From a virus: a stretch of DNA of 51,907 nt. Position 1 is the first letter of the stretch. Each line of letters opens with the position of its first letter. Positions 13,905 through 21,519 of this stretch are shown here, piece after piece. The notes beneath the pieces are model-generated. The model did no database searches. It saw nothing but the letters and a program-made list of their open reading frames with translations, and was not told the DNA's origin. A program made the position numbers and the translations under genes. The stretch is from the IMG/VR virus record IMGVR_UViG_3300045988_151376; one strand, 5' to 3'.

Positions 13905-13944
13905 CGATAGATGTAACTATAGACATTGCTATCATCGATGTCAA
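13905..13944 (-). promoter_or_regulatory. Leftward early promoter (PL-like) with overlapping operator
   Basis: Minus strand: TTGACA (13939..13944), 17-nt spacer, TATAGT (13916..13921). The 17-mer TATAGTTACATCTATCG (13905..13921) recurs at PR. Multiple CTATNG/GATAG half-sites. Confidence 0.7.
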
Positions 13945-13969
13945 TAGGTATAGCTATATGTGTAGGCAT

Positions 13970-13996
13970 AAAAAAAGCCCATCTAGGAGACGGGCT
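13970..13996 (-). terminator. Intrinsic terminator after the repressor gene
   Basis: Minus strand: agccc-N11-gggct followed by ttttttt. Confidence 0.6.
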
Positions 13997-14014
13997 GAAG
14001 GTAGGTGATTCAAA

Positions 14015-14725
14015 CTATCGTCTTCGGCGATAGGAGCGACGGTGTTCAACCATAACGCCAATGACGGAAAGTCTTTCCGTGCGCGAGTTGTATATCGGAT
14101 AGTCCTCATTAAGTGGGATCAATTCGAAGATTTCATTTCCATACTCGTCATATCCGCGGGGACGATATTTTTTGAATGTTGTTTCCATGTCGTCCGAGAA
14201 CTTACTGACCCTTGTTGCAATTACAAAATCACCAGGCATTGGATGAATAGTGGGATCAACAACGATGATGTCTCCCTCTTGGAAATCTGGTTCCATCGAA
14301 CTCCCAATAACCTTGAGGGCGTAACAATCATCGGGCAGGTCCATGTCAACCCAAATGAAATCCCCGCTTTCGATTGCTGCCTGCCTGGCAGCAATTTGCC
14401 CTGTTGATGTGGGATCTCCTGCCTGTGCATAGGAAAGGATGGGAATCCTTTTCATCCTCCCACGAATAGGCTCAACATTGCTCTGGTTAGCGGGAGGCTG
14501 GTCGTTTGATACAAGAGGCTCTCCTACGCCGTTAACGATCCAGTTTTGATTGAGAGGCAATTTGGAGCAAATAGCGAGAGCCGGAGCGGACTTCATATTT
14601 TTCGTCTTGCCCGACACCCAACTTGCCACAGAGGGCTGCTTGATGCCCGCCAACGCGGCTAGCTCCGATTGCGAGATATTGAAGTGCTGAAGCACCCAAG
14701 AGATTCTTTCTGAAAGCGTTGTCAT
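14015..14725 (-). CDS. CI-type repressor: XRE HTH plus S24 (LexA-like) self-cleaving peptidase domain
   Basis: N-terminal HTH SQSELAALAGIKQPSVASWVSGK. C-terminal ALKVIGSSMEPDFQEGDIIVVDP...TFKKY carries the Ser/Lys dyad context. ATG at 14725 with almost no leader. Confidence 0.9.
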   Translation of the reverse strand: MTTLSERISWVLQHFNISQSELAALAGIKQPSVASWVSGKTKNMKSAPALAICSKLPLNQNWIVNGVGEPLVSNDQPPANQSNVEPIRGRMKRIPILSYAQAGDPTSTGQIAARQAAIESGDFIWVDMDLPDDCYALKVIGSSMEPDFQEGDIIVVDPTIHPMPGDFVIATRVSKFSDDMETTFKKYRPRGYDEYGNEIFELIPLNEDYPIYNSRTERLSVIGVMVEHRRSYRRRR

Positions 14726-14751
14726 GATAGACAAGCCTATCGGTTCGTGTG

Positions 14752-14791
14752 AATGGAATGTCTATTACTTGTGATATAGTTGCTTCTATCG
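14752..14791 (+). promoter_or_regulatory. Rightward early promoter (PR-like, extended -10) with operator
   Basis: TGaTATAGT at 14772..14780. The 17-mer TATAGTTGCTTCTATCG (14775..14791) matches the PL operator at 15 of 17 positions. Further CTATCG/CTATTA/CTATCT half-sites lie in 14737..14800. Confidence 0.5.
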
Positions 14792-14817
14792 CTATCTATA
14801 AAGGTAAAGAGACACCT

Positions 14818-15045
14818 ATGACAAAACAGAGCAATCTGCGTGCAACTGCGATCGCTCGCGATCTCGTTCGCGAGGTCGGTAGTCAAAGGAAGACCGCCGA
14901 GCTTGTGGGTGTGAAACAGCCGTCAGTATTCGCATGGACAAAAAACGGTCTCACAGCGACTCGTGAAAACGATCTTCGATTTCGCTTTCCAGAACTTCGG
15001 GTCTGGAAACGTTATCCGCCGCTTACCTCTGCTGAGGCCAACTGA
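14818..15045 (+). CDS. Cro-like HTH protein
   Basis: Start moved to the ATG at 14818. KTAELVGVKQPSVFAWTKNG is an HTH. Divergent from the CI gene. Confidence 0.7.
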   Translation: MTKQSNLRATAIARDLVREVGSQRKTAELVGVKQPSVFAWTKNGLTATRENDLRFRFPELRVWKRYPPLTSAEAN

Positions 15046-15284
15046 TGTTCATTCGTCCAGAACTCCGCAAGGGCGATATCGATGTTCGCGTGAAGGCTCC
15101 CAAGGATCTTGTCGATAAAGTCGACCTGATCTCTCTTGCGCTTGGCCTGACGCGGCAGGACATTGTGCTTGTCGCTCTGGATGCGTACCTTAATGAAACG
15201 CTGGCAATAGCAAGAGTACTGAATCAAGTCGAGGCATCGCAACGGAATTCAAACGGCGTCGTAACGGCAGGAGATGCGCGATGA
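15045..15284 (+). CDS. Ribbon-helix-helix (Arc/CopG-like) protein; possible CII or Mnt analogue
   Basis: IDVRVKAPKDLVDKVDLISLALGLTRQDIVLVALDAYL fits a beta-strand plus two helices. Coupled start (TGATG). Confidence 0.45.
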   Translation: MFIRPELRKGDIDVRVKAPKDLVDKVDLISLALGLTRQDIVLVALDAYLNETLAIARVLNQVEASQRNSNGVVTAGDAR

Positions 15285-16216
15285 GCTACGCCGCAGAGAG
15301 ATGGGCCCGGGCACAGGCGCTGCGGCTTTCCGGAGAGCCTGAAGCCCTCGCCTTGCTGAAAGAAATTGCTTGTTGGTACTTAGAAAAAACGGGCGCTTGC
15401 GAGAAGACGCAAGGCGAACTCGCGAAACTGATGGGCTACAAAAAAGCAGATACCGTAGGGCGGTACGTGAAGAAGCTCGTTCAGATGGGCTACGTCACCT
15501 TTGAGCGCACACATGGGCCTACTGGGAACATCACCGGGAGCGTTTTCCGCCTTGTTGGATTCGTAGCAAGTGAATGGCCGGAAAAACGACAGGGAATGAA
15601 ATCGCTTTTGCCCGCAGATACCACTCCTTATTGTGGGGGTGCTCCGTATCAAGGGGTACCCCGTATCGCGGGGGACCCCCATGATAAGGAGAAGGGGTAT
15701 CCCGTAACGGGGGGGAGGGTACCCCGTATCGCGGGGGAGGGTACCCCGCAACACGGGATTCATATACAGGGTAATACAGGGAATACAGGTAATAACAGTA
15801 ATTCTATAGGCGCGTCCGCTTCGCAGACGCTTGAAAACACCTTCGAGGATGTTCCTTTCGACGAGTCCTTGTACGAGGAAGCCCGCTCGATGGGGTCAGA
15901 ACCCAACACCGTGAAGGCCGAAGCTCCGAAGCGCAGGACTACCACGCCGCGCAAAAAGCCCGCTACCCGATGCCCGTTTGGGCCTGATGCCTCAATCCCG
16001 CCCGAATACCTCGAAATTGCGCAAAAGGCCGGTATCGGGGACCCTCAGCAGGTCTTCTCCGCATTCGTCAATCACGCAATCGCACACGATCGAAGCCTAG
16101 TGGTCTGGCCTGCAGGTTTCCGAACGTGGTGCTCCAACGAGCTCCGATACCACCCCAACCAAACACCCAAGCCGAAGCCTCTCCACCAACGAACCGCTGC
16201 CGATTACGACTGGTAA
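15281..16216 (+). CDS. Replication initiator (lambda O-like, winged-helix N-terminus) containing the origin iterons
   Basis: wHTH-like TQGELAKLMGYKKADTVGRYVKKLVQMGYV. Iteron array inside the ORF. Followed by a DnaC-like loader gene. Confidence 0.6.
   Translation: MSYAAERWARAQALRLSGEPEALALLKEIACWYLEKTGACEKTQGELAKLMGYKKADTVGRYVKKLVQMGYVTFERTHGPTGNITGSVFRLVGFVASEWPEKRQGMKSLLPADTTPYCGGAPYQGVPRIAGDPHDKEKGYPVTGGRVPRIAGEGTPQHGIHIQGNTGNTGNNSNSIGASASQTLENTFEDVPFDESLYEEARSMGSEPNTVKAEAPKRRTTTPRKKPATRCPFGPDASIPPEYLEIAQKAGIGDPQQVFSAFVNHAIAHDRSLVVWPAGFRTWCSNELRYHPNQTPKPKPLHQRTAADYDW
15637..15757. repeat. Iteron array (about 5 copies; consensus GGGTACCCCGTATCGCGGGGGA); candidate origin of replication
   Basis: Copies at about 15637, 15655, 15694, 15718 and 15739. 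15718..15738 and 15655..15675 are nearly identical. Confidence 0.75.
15765..15812. repeat. AT-richer short tandem repeats (TACAGG[G]NAA units) flanking the iterons
   Basis: tacagggtaatacagggaatacaggtaataacagtaattc. Equivalent position to the AT-rich segment of lambda ori. Confidence 0.5.
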
Positions 16217-16222
16217 AACCCT

Positions 16223-17008
16223 ATGCCCGAACTTCAAAAAGCATTTTCAAAGCAAGCACTGCAGCCGATCTTCACGAAGATCGAGGCCGTGCGAGTCGCA
16301 AACCCGCCTCCGCGAGCACTTCCCAAAAAGTCCGAGTGCGATCTAAAGGCAGATGAACTCCGTGTACGCTTCAGCGACATTCACGCCTCTCTGGCCCGCT
16401 GTCTCTCATGGCTTCGTCAACCGTCTGCAGAGACCTTCTCGAACTTTCAGCTCGACGCGGCAGAGAAGGATCAGGCTAAGGCCCTCGCCATCTCGAAGCG
16501 CTTCTCTGAACGCCTCATGACGCGCCTCCTCGATGAGACTCACCCCGAGGCAGGAATCCTCTTCCTTGGGTTCACGGGAACGGGTAAGACTCATCTCGCC
16601 AAGGCCATCCTCACCGACCTCGCGGCGCGCAAGGCTCCCGGATTCTTCATCCCGGCAAGCGAGTACTTCGACCTTTACACGCCCGCCTACGCGGCGAAGC
16701 TCGATCAGCCGCTCTGGAAGATTCGCCAGTGGCTCGCTTCAACTTCCTGCCTCGTCATCGACGAAGTGGGAACGAGCGCATGGACCGACGCCCGCAAAGA
16801 TCGCCTTCAGCAGATCATCGATCTGCGCACTGCAAACCGCCTGCCGACCATCGTCACAACCAACCTAGCACAGGCCGACTTCGATGCCGCTGGTGCTGAG
16901 CGCATCGCCTCGCGCTTCAATCAGGTCCTTTACCCCATCAAATGCACCTGGTCGGACTTCCGCAAGCGCTCTGCCCTCAAAAACCTGAAGCCCGAGGAGG
17001 TGTTCTGA
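16223..17008 (+). CDS. DnaC/IstB-like AAA+ helicase loader
   Basis: Walker A LGFTGTGKTHL and Walker B CLVIDEVG. Confidence 0.85.
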   Translation: MPELQKAFSKQALQPIFTKIEAVRVANPPPRALPKKSECDLKADELRVRFSDIHASLARCLSWLRQPSAETFSNFQLDAAEKDQAKALAISKRFSERLMTRLLDETHPEAGILFLGFTGTGKTHLAKAILTDLAARKAPGFFIPASEYFDLYTPAYAAKLDQPLWKIRQWLASTSCLVIDEVGTSAWTDARKDRLQQIIDLRTANRLPTIVTTNLAQADFDAAGAERIASRFNQVLYPIKCTWSDFRKRSALKNLKPEEVF

Positions 17009-17103
17009 TGGAACCCACTACCGGAATCCACAAACGCTTCATCCACGCCTTCTCACGGTGGATCAGCCGGACGACCTTCATCATGAGGGAGCGACATGAG
17101 TGA
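17008..17103 (+). CDS. Possible coupled 31-aa ORF
   Basis: Hand translation MEPTTGIHKRFIHAFSRWISRTTFIMRERHE*. Start overlaps the upstream stop (TGATG). Stop overlaps the next start. Confidence 0.25.
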   Translation: MEPTTGIHKRFIHAFSRWISRTTFIMRERHE

Positions 17104-17410
17104 GTGTCTTCGCTGCCGCAACTGCGCACCGCTCGATCCGCTGCCGAAAGGCGATCCGCTTCGCCTCCACAGAGGCCAGTGGGGGATGCTCGCCAGAGGC
17201 CTCGTCTACTGCTCTCTCCCCGGGGAGATCGGCGGATACAAGCGATTTCGCTCCGTCGAGTCCGTGGACTACTGCGAGCACTTCGAGCCCGAGCCCGAAG
17301 CCGACCGCATAGCACGCCGGATTAAGACCGTCAAGATTCTTCGCGCCGCCTTCGACAAATGGCGCATCGATAAGCAACTCAAAGCCAAACAAGCAAAGGA
17401 CAAAAAATGA
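17096..17410 (+). CDS. Hypothetical Cys-rich protein (104 aa)
   Basis: CLRCRNC...YCSLP...YCEH suggests a zinc-binding protein. Chosen over the overlapping frames because it is coupled to the next ORF. Confidence 0.45.
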   Translation: MSECLRCRNCAPLDPLPKGDPLRLHRGQWGMLARGLVYCSLPGEIGGYKRFRSVESVDYCEHFEPEPEADRIARRIKTVKILRAAFDKWRIDKQLKAKQAKDKK

Positions 17411-17721
17411 CGCTCAAGAAAGTCTCCCGTCTCATGCCCATCGATCCACCTTCCAAGGAACACGCGCCGAAGCGCTTGCCCTTCACTTTCACTGAGGTGG
17501 ACATCGACGACATCTCCACCTATCCGCCTGAAGGTGCCGCGCTCTTCTTCGTCCTAAAAGAAGGAGCCTGGGATCGCTTCTACGGCGAACGACGCGGTTT
17601 TACGATCTTCGCTGACCTCTATGGGCTGACGTTCAAACTCGATCAGATCAAAGCATGGAGCCCAGCCGGCTTTACGAAGTATGAAGAACGCATTCGAGAG
17701 GAGAAGAAAGTCCGTGGTTAA
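17407..17721 (+). CDS. Hypothetical protein (104 aa)
   Basis: ATGA-coupled ORF. Confidence 0.5.
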   Translation: MTLKKVSRLMPIDPPSKEHAPKRLPFTFTEVDIDDISTYPPEGAALFFVLKEGAWDRFYGERRGFTIFADLYGLTFKLDQIKAWSPAGFTKYEERIREEKKVRG

Positions 17722-18121
17722 GCTCAACATTCCCGGTACGCCTCAGGGCAAGGCACGTCCGCGCTTCTCTCGCACCGGCCACGCCTATACGCCCGATGAA
17801 ACCCGTCGCTACGAGGCCCGTGTAGCCGTTCTTGGCAAGTACGCGATGTGCAACCGAGACATCATGCGCAGGGCAGTCAAGATTTCTATCCTCGCTGCTT
17901 TCCCTGTGCCTGCTTCGTACTCGCAGAAACGCCGCGCAGCATGCCTGCAGGGCTGCGAACGACCTGCCAAGAAGCCGGATATGGACAACATCATCAAAAT
18001 CATCTGCGATGGACTCAACGGCATCGCGTGGAAGGATGACGCTCAAGTCGTTGAGGTCTCTGCTGCCAAAACGTACGCAGAGTTCCCATCCGTCACCGTC
18101 TACATCGAGGAGCTTTCATGA
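17681..18121 (+). CDS. rusA: RusA-family Holliday-junction resolvase
   Basis: GTPQGKARPRF...YTPDETRRYE...KKPDMDNIIKIICDGLNGIAWKDDAQV matches RusA motifs. The start may be downstream, near the GTG at about 17715. Confidence 0.85.
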   Translation: MKNAFERRRKSVVKLNIPGTPQGKARPRFSRTGHAYTPDETRRYEARVAVLGKYAMCNRDIMRRAVKISILAAFPVPASYSQKRRAACLQGCERPAKKPDMDNIIKIICDGLNGIAWKDDAQVVEVSAAKTYAEFPSVTVYIEELS

Positions 18122-18504
18122 TCGATCCGATATTCTCCAAACGCTTGCAAAACTGGAGTCGGTGCATTCGAGCTCGCAGGAAATCATTACCTTCGCCGAC
18201 AGCTCAGGTATTAAACGAACTCCGCCTGAAGTATGGCCCTCCAGCTATTGAGGAGTACCGGAACGAACCTCCAATCTCGAGTGCTGATATGGCTGATGCG
18301 GAAAAGCTATCTGCTGCCTATGGGGGACCCTGGCTAACTCCACAGGAAAAGCGCGTGCTTCAAATGGTCTATGGAGAAGGGAGGCACGTCGGTTTGTGCG
18401 CTAGGGAACTCCGCGTGACGTATCGCGGTTTCTTGCGTGCATTTGATGGCGTGTGTCAGAAGTTCCAGAGAATCATCAAAACGTACTTTGACAACGATGG
18501 TTGA
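18118..18504 (+). CDS. Putative late-gene regulator (Q-like antiterminator, called by position)
   Basis: Lies after RusA and immediately upstream of a consensus promoter and short terminated transcript. Sequence family not verified. Confidence 0.45.
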   Translation: MIDPIFSKRLQNWSRCIRARRKSLPSPTAQVLNELRLKYGPPAIEEYRNEPPISSADMADAEKLSAAYGGPWLTPQEKRVLQMVYGEGRHVGLCARELRVTYRGFLRAFDGVCQKFQRIIKTYFDNDG

Positions 18505-18527
18505 GGTATATATACTGAACATACAAT
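18488..18527 (+). promoter_or_regulatory. Late promoter (PR'-like): TTGACA-17-TATACT plus a -10-like TACAAT in the initially transcribed region
   Basis: TTGACA 18488..18493, 17-nt spacer, TATACT 18511..18516, TACAAT 18522..18527. Confidence 0.6.
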
Positions 18528-18599
18528 TTTTAGCCGACTTCCATTGCGATTTCGAGAGTTTTGCCACGGGGCAGCCTTTTTGCACCCGAAAGAAACGTA

Positions 18600-18628
18600 A
18601 GCCCAGTCAGAGATGACCGGGCTTTTTT
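18600..18628 (+). terminator. Intrinsic terminator about 100 nt downstream of the late promoter (tR'-like)
   Basis: agcccagtc-agagat-gaccgggct followed by tttttt. Confidence 0.7.
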
Positions 18629-18663
18629 GATGCCGGAATAAGTAGCGTCGAAATACATAACAT

Positions 18664-18692
18664 TTGCAAAAATGCTAACCTCATGGTAGAAT
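18664..18692 (+). promoter_or_regulatory. Promoter of hicAB (TTGCAA-17-TGgTAGAAT)
   Basis: -35 at 18664..18669. Extended -10 TAGAAT at 18687..18692. Confidence 0.55.
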
Positions 18693-18721
18693 ATTCACGT
18701 GTTCAACCAATAGAGGAGATC

Positions 18722-18919
18722 ATGAAGCAAAGTGAATTTCTTCGGTGGCTTAAGTCGAGAGGCGTTGAGGTCACCCACGGAACCAGACACCTTCGCCTGA
18801 GAGTCCCGGGGAACCCAAAAACGCAAACCATGCCTCGACACCCCGGCGCAGAGATGAATGAAAGTATCCGCAAGGACATCATTCGCGATCTTGGCCTGAA
18901 GGAAGTCTCTAAGAAATAA
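18722..18919 (+). CDS. hicA: HicA mRNA-interferase toxin
   Basis: MKQSEFLRWLKSRGVEVTHGTRHLRLRVPGNPKTQTMPRHPGAEMNESIRKDIIRDLGL fits the HicA/YcfA pattern. RBS gaggag. Confidence 0.85.
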   Translation: MKQSEFLRWLKSRGVEVTHGTRHLRLRVPGNPKTQTMPRHPGAEMNESIRKDIIRDLGLKEVSKK

Positions 18920-18973
18920 AACACACCCCCGCCTTAGCCGGCGGGGCTTGCTGCATGATCGTATGTCTGACAA

Positions 18974-19399
18974 ATGTCAAATTTCGATTTTCCATGCCGC
19001 TTTGAAAAGCTTAAGGACGGCACTGAGATTGTTCGTTGCCGGGATCTGCCCGAACTTCTGTCATATTCCGTGGATGGCGAGCCTCTTGAAAATTGGGCCC
19101 GTTATGCCGTCGAGGATTGTGTCGAGTTCCGTATTAAAGATGGAGAACTTATTCCGGAGGCGTCACCTGCGCTTCCCGGTGAATATGTTGTTCATCTGAG
19201 CGCAAATCAGGTTGCAAAAATTCTGCTTTCAAATGCGATGGCGCGCGATGGTGTTTCTCGCGTCGAACTCGCTAAGAAGGCCGAACTGAAGCTTCCTGAA
19301 GTGACGCGGATTCTCGACGTTCGCCATCCTACGAAGATCGACCGTATTGAGGCCACTCTTCGGTCACTCGGCCATAGGCTTCAGCTGTCGATTGCCTAA
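18974..19399 (+). CDS. hicB: HicB antitoxin (HicB fold plus C-terminal HTH)
   Basis: Adjacent to hicA. The C-terminal VSRVELAKKAELKLPEVTRILD is an HTH. Confidence 0.8.
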   Translation: MSNFDFPCRFEKLKDGTEIVRCRDLPELLSYSVDGEPLENWARYAVEDCVEFRIKDGELIPEASPALPGEYVVHLSANQVAKILLSNAMARDGVSRVELAKKAELKLPEVTRILDVRHPTKIDRIEATLRSLGHRLQLSIA

Positions 19400-19407
19400 A
19401 ATCAAAC

Positions 19408-19454
19408 CAGGACCGAACCAGCTTTTCACTTTGCTTCACTGGTTCCGGGTCCTG
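19408..19454 (+). terminator. Long hairpin after hicB
   Basis: caggaccgaaccag-N17-ctggttccgggtcctg. Confidence 0.45.
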
Positions 19455-19461
19455 AGCACAA

Positions 19462-19493
19462 GGGCTTCTCTCCGGAGAGGCCCTTTTCTTTTT
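19462..19493 (+). terminator. Strong intrinsic terminator after hicB
   Basis: gggcttctc-tccg-gagaggccc followed by ttttcttttt. Confidence 0.75.
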
Positions 19494-19538
19494 GGGGTAG
19501 GACGATGCCTGAAGTTCCACAAAAGAAAAGGAGGTGCT

Positions 19539-20039
19539 ATGGCATCAAAACCGAACGCCTCCAAGGGCGGAAGACCATCAACCTATACGCCGGAGCTTGC
19601 GGAGAGAATCTGTGATTTGATTCGTGAAGGCAAGTCAGAGCGTCAGATTTGCAAGATGCCTGGCATGCCGGATGCGGTAACTCTTCGCAGATGGAAAGAC
19701 ACCAATCCAGAGTTTTGCACTCAGTCCGCGCGCGCGCGCGAAGCAAGCGCCGAGAAGTTCAACGATGAATTGCTTGAGCTTCAAGCAAATTTGAACAATG
19801 AACTGCAGACGCGATTGCTGAACGGCGATGACTTTCCGAAGGGAACTGTTGAAGCCTTCAAGGTGCTGATGCAGGAGAAGGCTCGCCAGATTTCGTGGCG
19901 TGATGATTCGCGCTACGGCGATCGCAAGACCGTGAAGATTCAGAGCGACACGCCTGATCTTTCCACGATCGACATGGAAAAGCTCAAGGCCGCAAGAGAG
20001 TTGCTGTATGACGAGACTCCCGACACTGATCGAACTTGA
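19539..20039 (+). CDS. Terminase small subunit (HTH type)
   Basis: Start moved to the ATG at 19539 (RBS aaggagg). GGRPSTYTPELAERICDLIREGKSERQICKMPGMPDAVTLRRWKDTNPEF is a typical terS N-terminus. Confidence 0.75.
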   Translation: MASKPNASKGGRPSTYTPELAERICDLIREGKSERQICKMPGMPDAVTLRRWKDTNPEFCTQSARAREASAEKFNDELLELQANLNNELQTRLLNGDDFPKGTVEAFKVLMQEKARQISWRDDSRYGDRKTVKIQSDTPDLSTIDMEKLKAARELLYDETPDTDRT

Positions 20040-21447
20040 TCAGGAGATTGCGCGGCGCAGCCTGTCCGAGTTCTGCAAGATGGCATGGCACGTGCTCGAG
20101 CCTGCTACACCGATCAAGTGGGGGTGGGCGCTCGATGCAATGTGCGAGCATCTCGAGGCAGTGCATAACGGCCAGATCAAGCGCCTTCTGATGAACGTTC
20201 CGCCGGGCATGATGAAATCACTGCTCACTGGCGTCTTCTTTCCTGCTTGGGAATGGGGCGCAGGCGGAAATCCTTCTCTGCGATATCTGACAACTGCGCA
20301 TAAGGAAGACCTCGCAATCCGAGACAACCTGAAGTGTCGACGCTTGATCTCCTCCGATTGGTATCAGGAGCGATGGAGCGTCGAACTGTGCGGCGACCAG
20401 AACGCAAAGAAGAAGTTCGAAAACACGGCTACTGGCTTTCGTGAGTCTATGGCTTTCCGAAGCCTCACTGGCTCTCGAGGCGACCGCATCATCATCGACG
20501 ACCCGCTGAGCGTAGACGACGCCTTTTCAGAAGCCGCGCTCTCCGCTGCGGAGCAGACCTTCCTAGAGGCCGTTCCGTCCCGTGTGAACAACCAGGACTC
20601 GGCGATCATCGTCATCATGCAAAGGTTGCACGAGCGCGATACGGCCGGGATCATCCTGAGCCGCCAGCTGGGCTATGAGCACCTGATGCTCCCAATGCGC
20701 TTCGAGCCGGAGCGCCGGTGCGCGACATGCATCGGCTTCACGGACCCGCGCACTGAGGACGGAGAGCTACTCTTCCCGGAGCGCTTCTCCGAAGCGCAAG
20801 TCTCCGAGATGGAGCGAACGATGGGCTCTTTCGCGACGGCCGGCCAGCTTCAGCAGAGACCGATGCCGCGCGGCGGTGGGCTCTTCAAGTCCGACTGGAT
20901 TCAGCACTGGGACAAGCTCCCGGAGCGCTTCGACGCGGCCGTTATCTCGTGGGATATGACTTTTAAAGAGTCCGCGACATCCGACTTCGTGGTCGGGCAG
21001 GTGTGGGGACGAAAGGACGGCGCTTTCTACCTCGTCGACCAGTTCCGGGGACGCTGGGACTTTGTGAAGTCGCTCGAGCAGTTCGTAGCGGCCGCGAGGA
21101 AGTACCCGCGGATCACCCGAAAGCTCATCGAGGACAAGGCGAACGGCCCGGCGATCATCAGCGCGCTCAAAAGGAAAGTGACCGGCATCATCCCGATCAC
21201 TCCGAAAGAGAGCAAGGAAGCCCGAGCGAACGCGGTAACGACGCTCTGGGAGGCCCGGAACGTCTACCTGCCGCCTCCGGACCGCTATCCGTGGGTGGCG
21301 CAGGACTTCATTCCTGAGCTCCTCGCATTTCCGTCAGGTGCTCACGATGACACCATCGACGCGATGAGCCAGGCATTGAATGACCTGAATCGCCACTCTG
21401 GACTGCACATCGACCCGACAAATCTCGCCTACCTTGCCCAGCGCTAG
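20008..21447 (+). CDS. Terminase large subunit
   Basis: ATPase and nuclease layout (GDRIIIDDPLS; C-terminal HDDTIDAMSQAL). Directly follows terS. Confidence 0.9.
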   Translation: MTRLPTLIELDQEIARRSLSEFCKMAWHVLEPATPIKWGWALDAMCEHLEAVHNGQIKRLLMNVPPGMMKSLLTGVFFPAWEWGAGGNPSLRYLTTAHKEDLAIRDNLKCRRLISSDWYQERWSVELCGDQNAKKKFENTATGFRESMAFRSLTGSRGDRIIIDDPLSVDDAFSEAALSAAEQTFLEAVPSRVNNQDSAIIVIMQRLHERDTAGIILSRQLGYEHLMLPMRFEPERRCATCIGFTDPRTEDGELLFPERFSEAQVSEMERTMGSFATAGQLQQRPMPRGGGLFKSDWIQHWDKLPERFDAAVISWDMTFKESATSDFVVGQVWGRKDGAFYLVDQFRGRWDFVKSLEQFVAAARKYPRITRKLIEDKANGPAIISALKRKVTGIIPITPKESKEARANAVTTLWEARNVYLPPPDRYPWVAQDFIPELLAFPSGAHDDTIDAMSQALNDLNRHSGLHIDPTNLAYLAQR

Positions 21448-21519
21448 GCGGCTCAAAATGAAGCCCCGCGGCGCGACCAGTACCCGGGGCTTTGACGACT
21501 GAATAAGCAGGCACTTGCA

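Noticed and set aside
17100-17325. Three overlapping plus-strand ORFs in all frames (17096..17410, 17100..17312, 17104..17325) and minus-strand ORFs 16977..17392
   Set aside because: Only the frame coupled to the flanking genes (17096..17410), which has a Cys-rich protein-like sequence, was kept. The others are Arg/Ser/Pro-rich alternative-frame artefacts.
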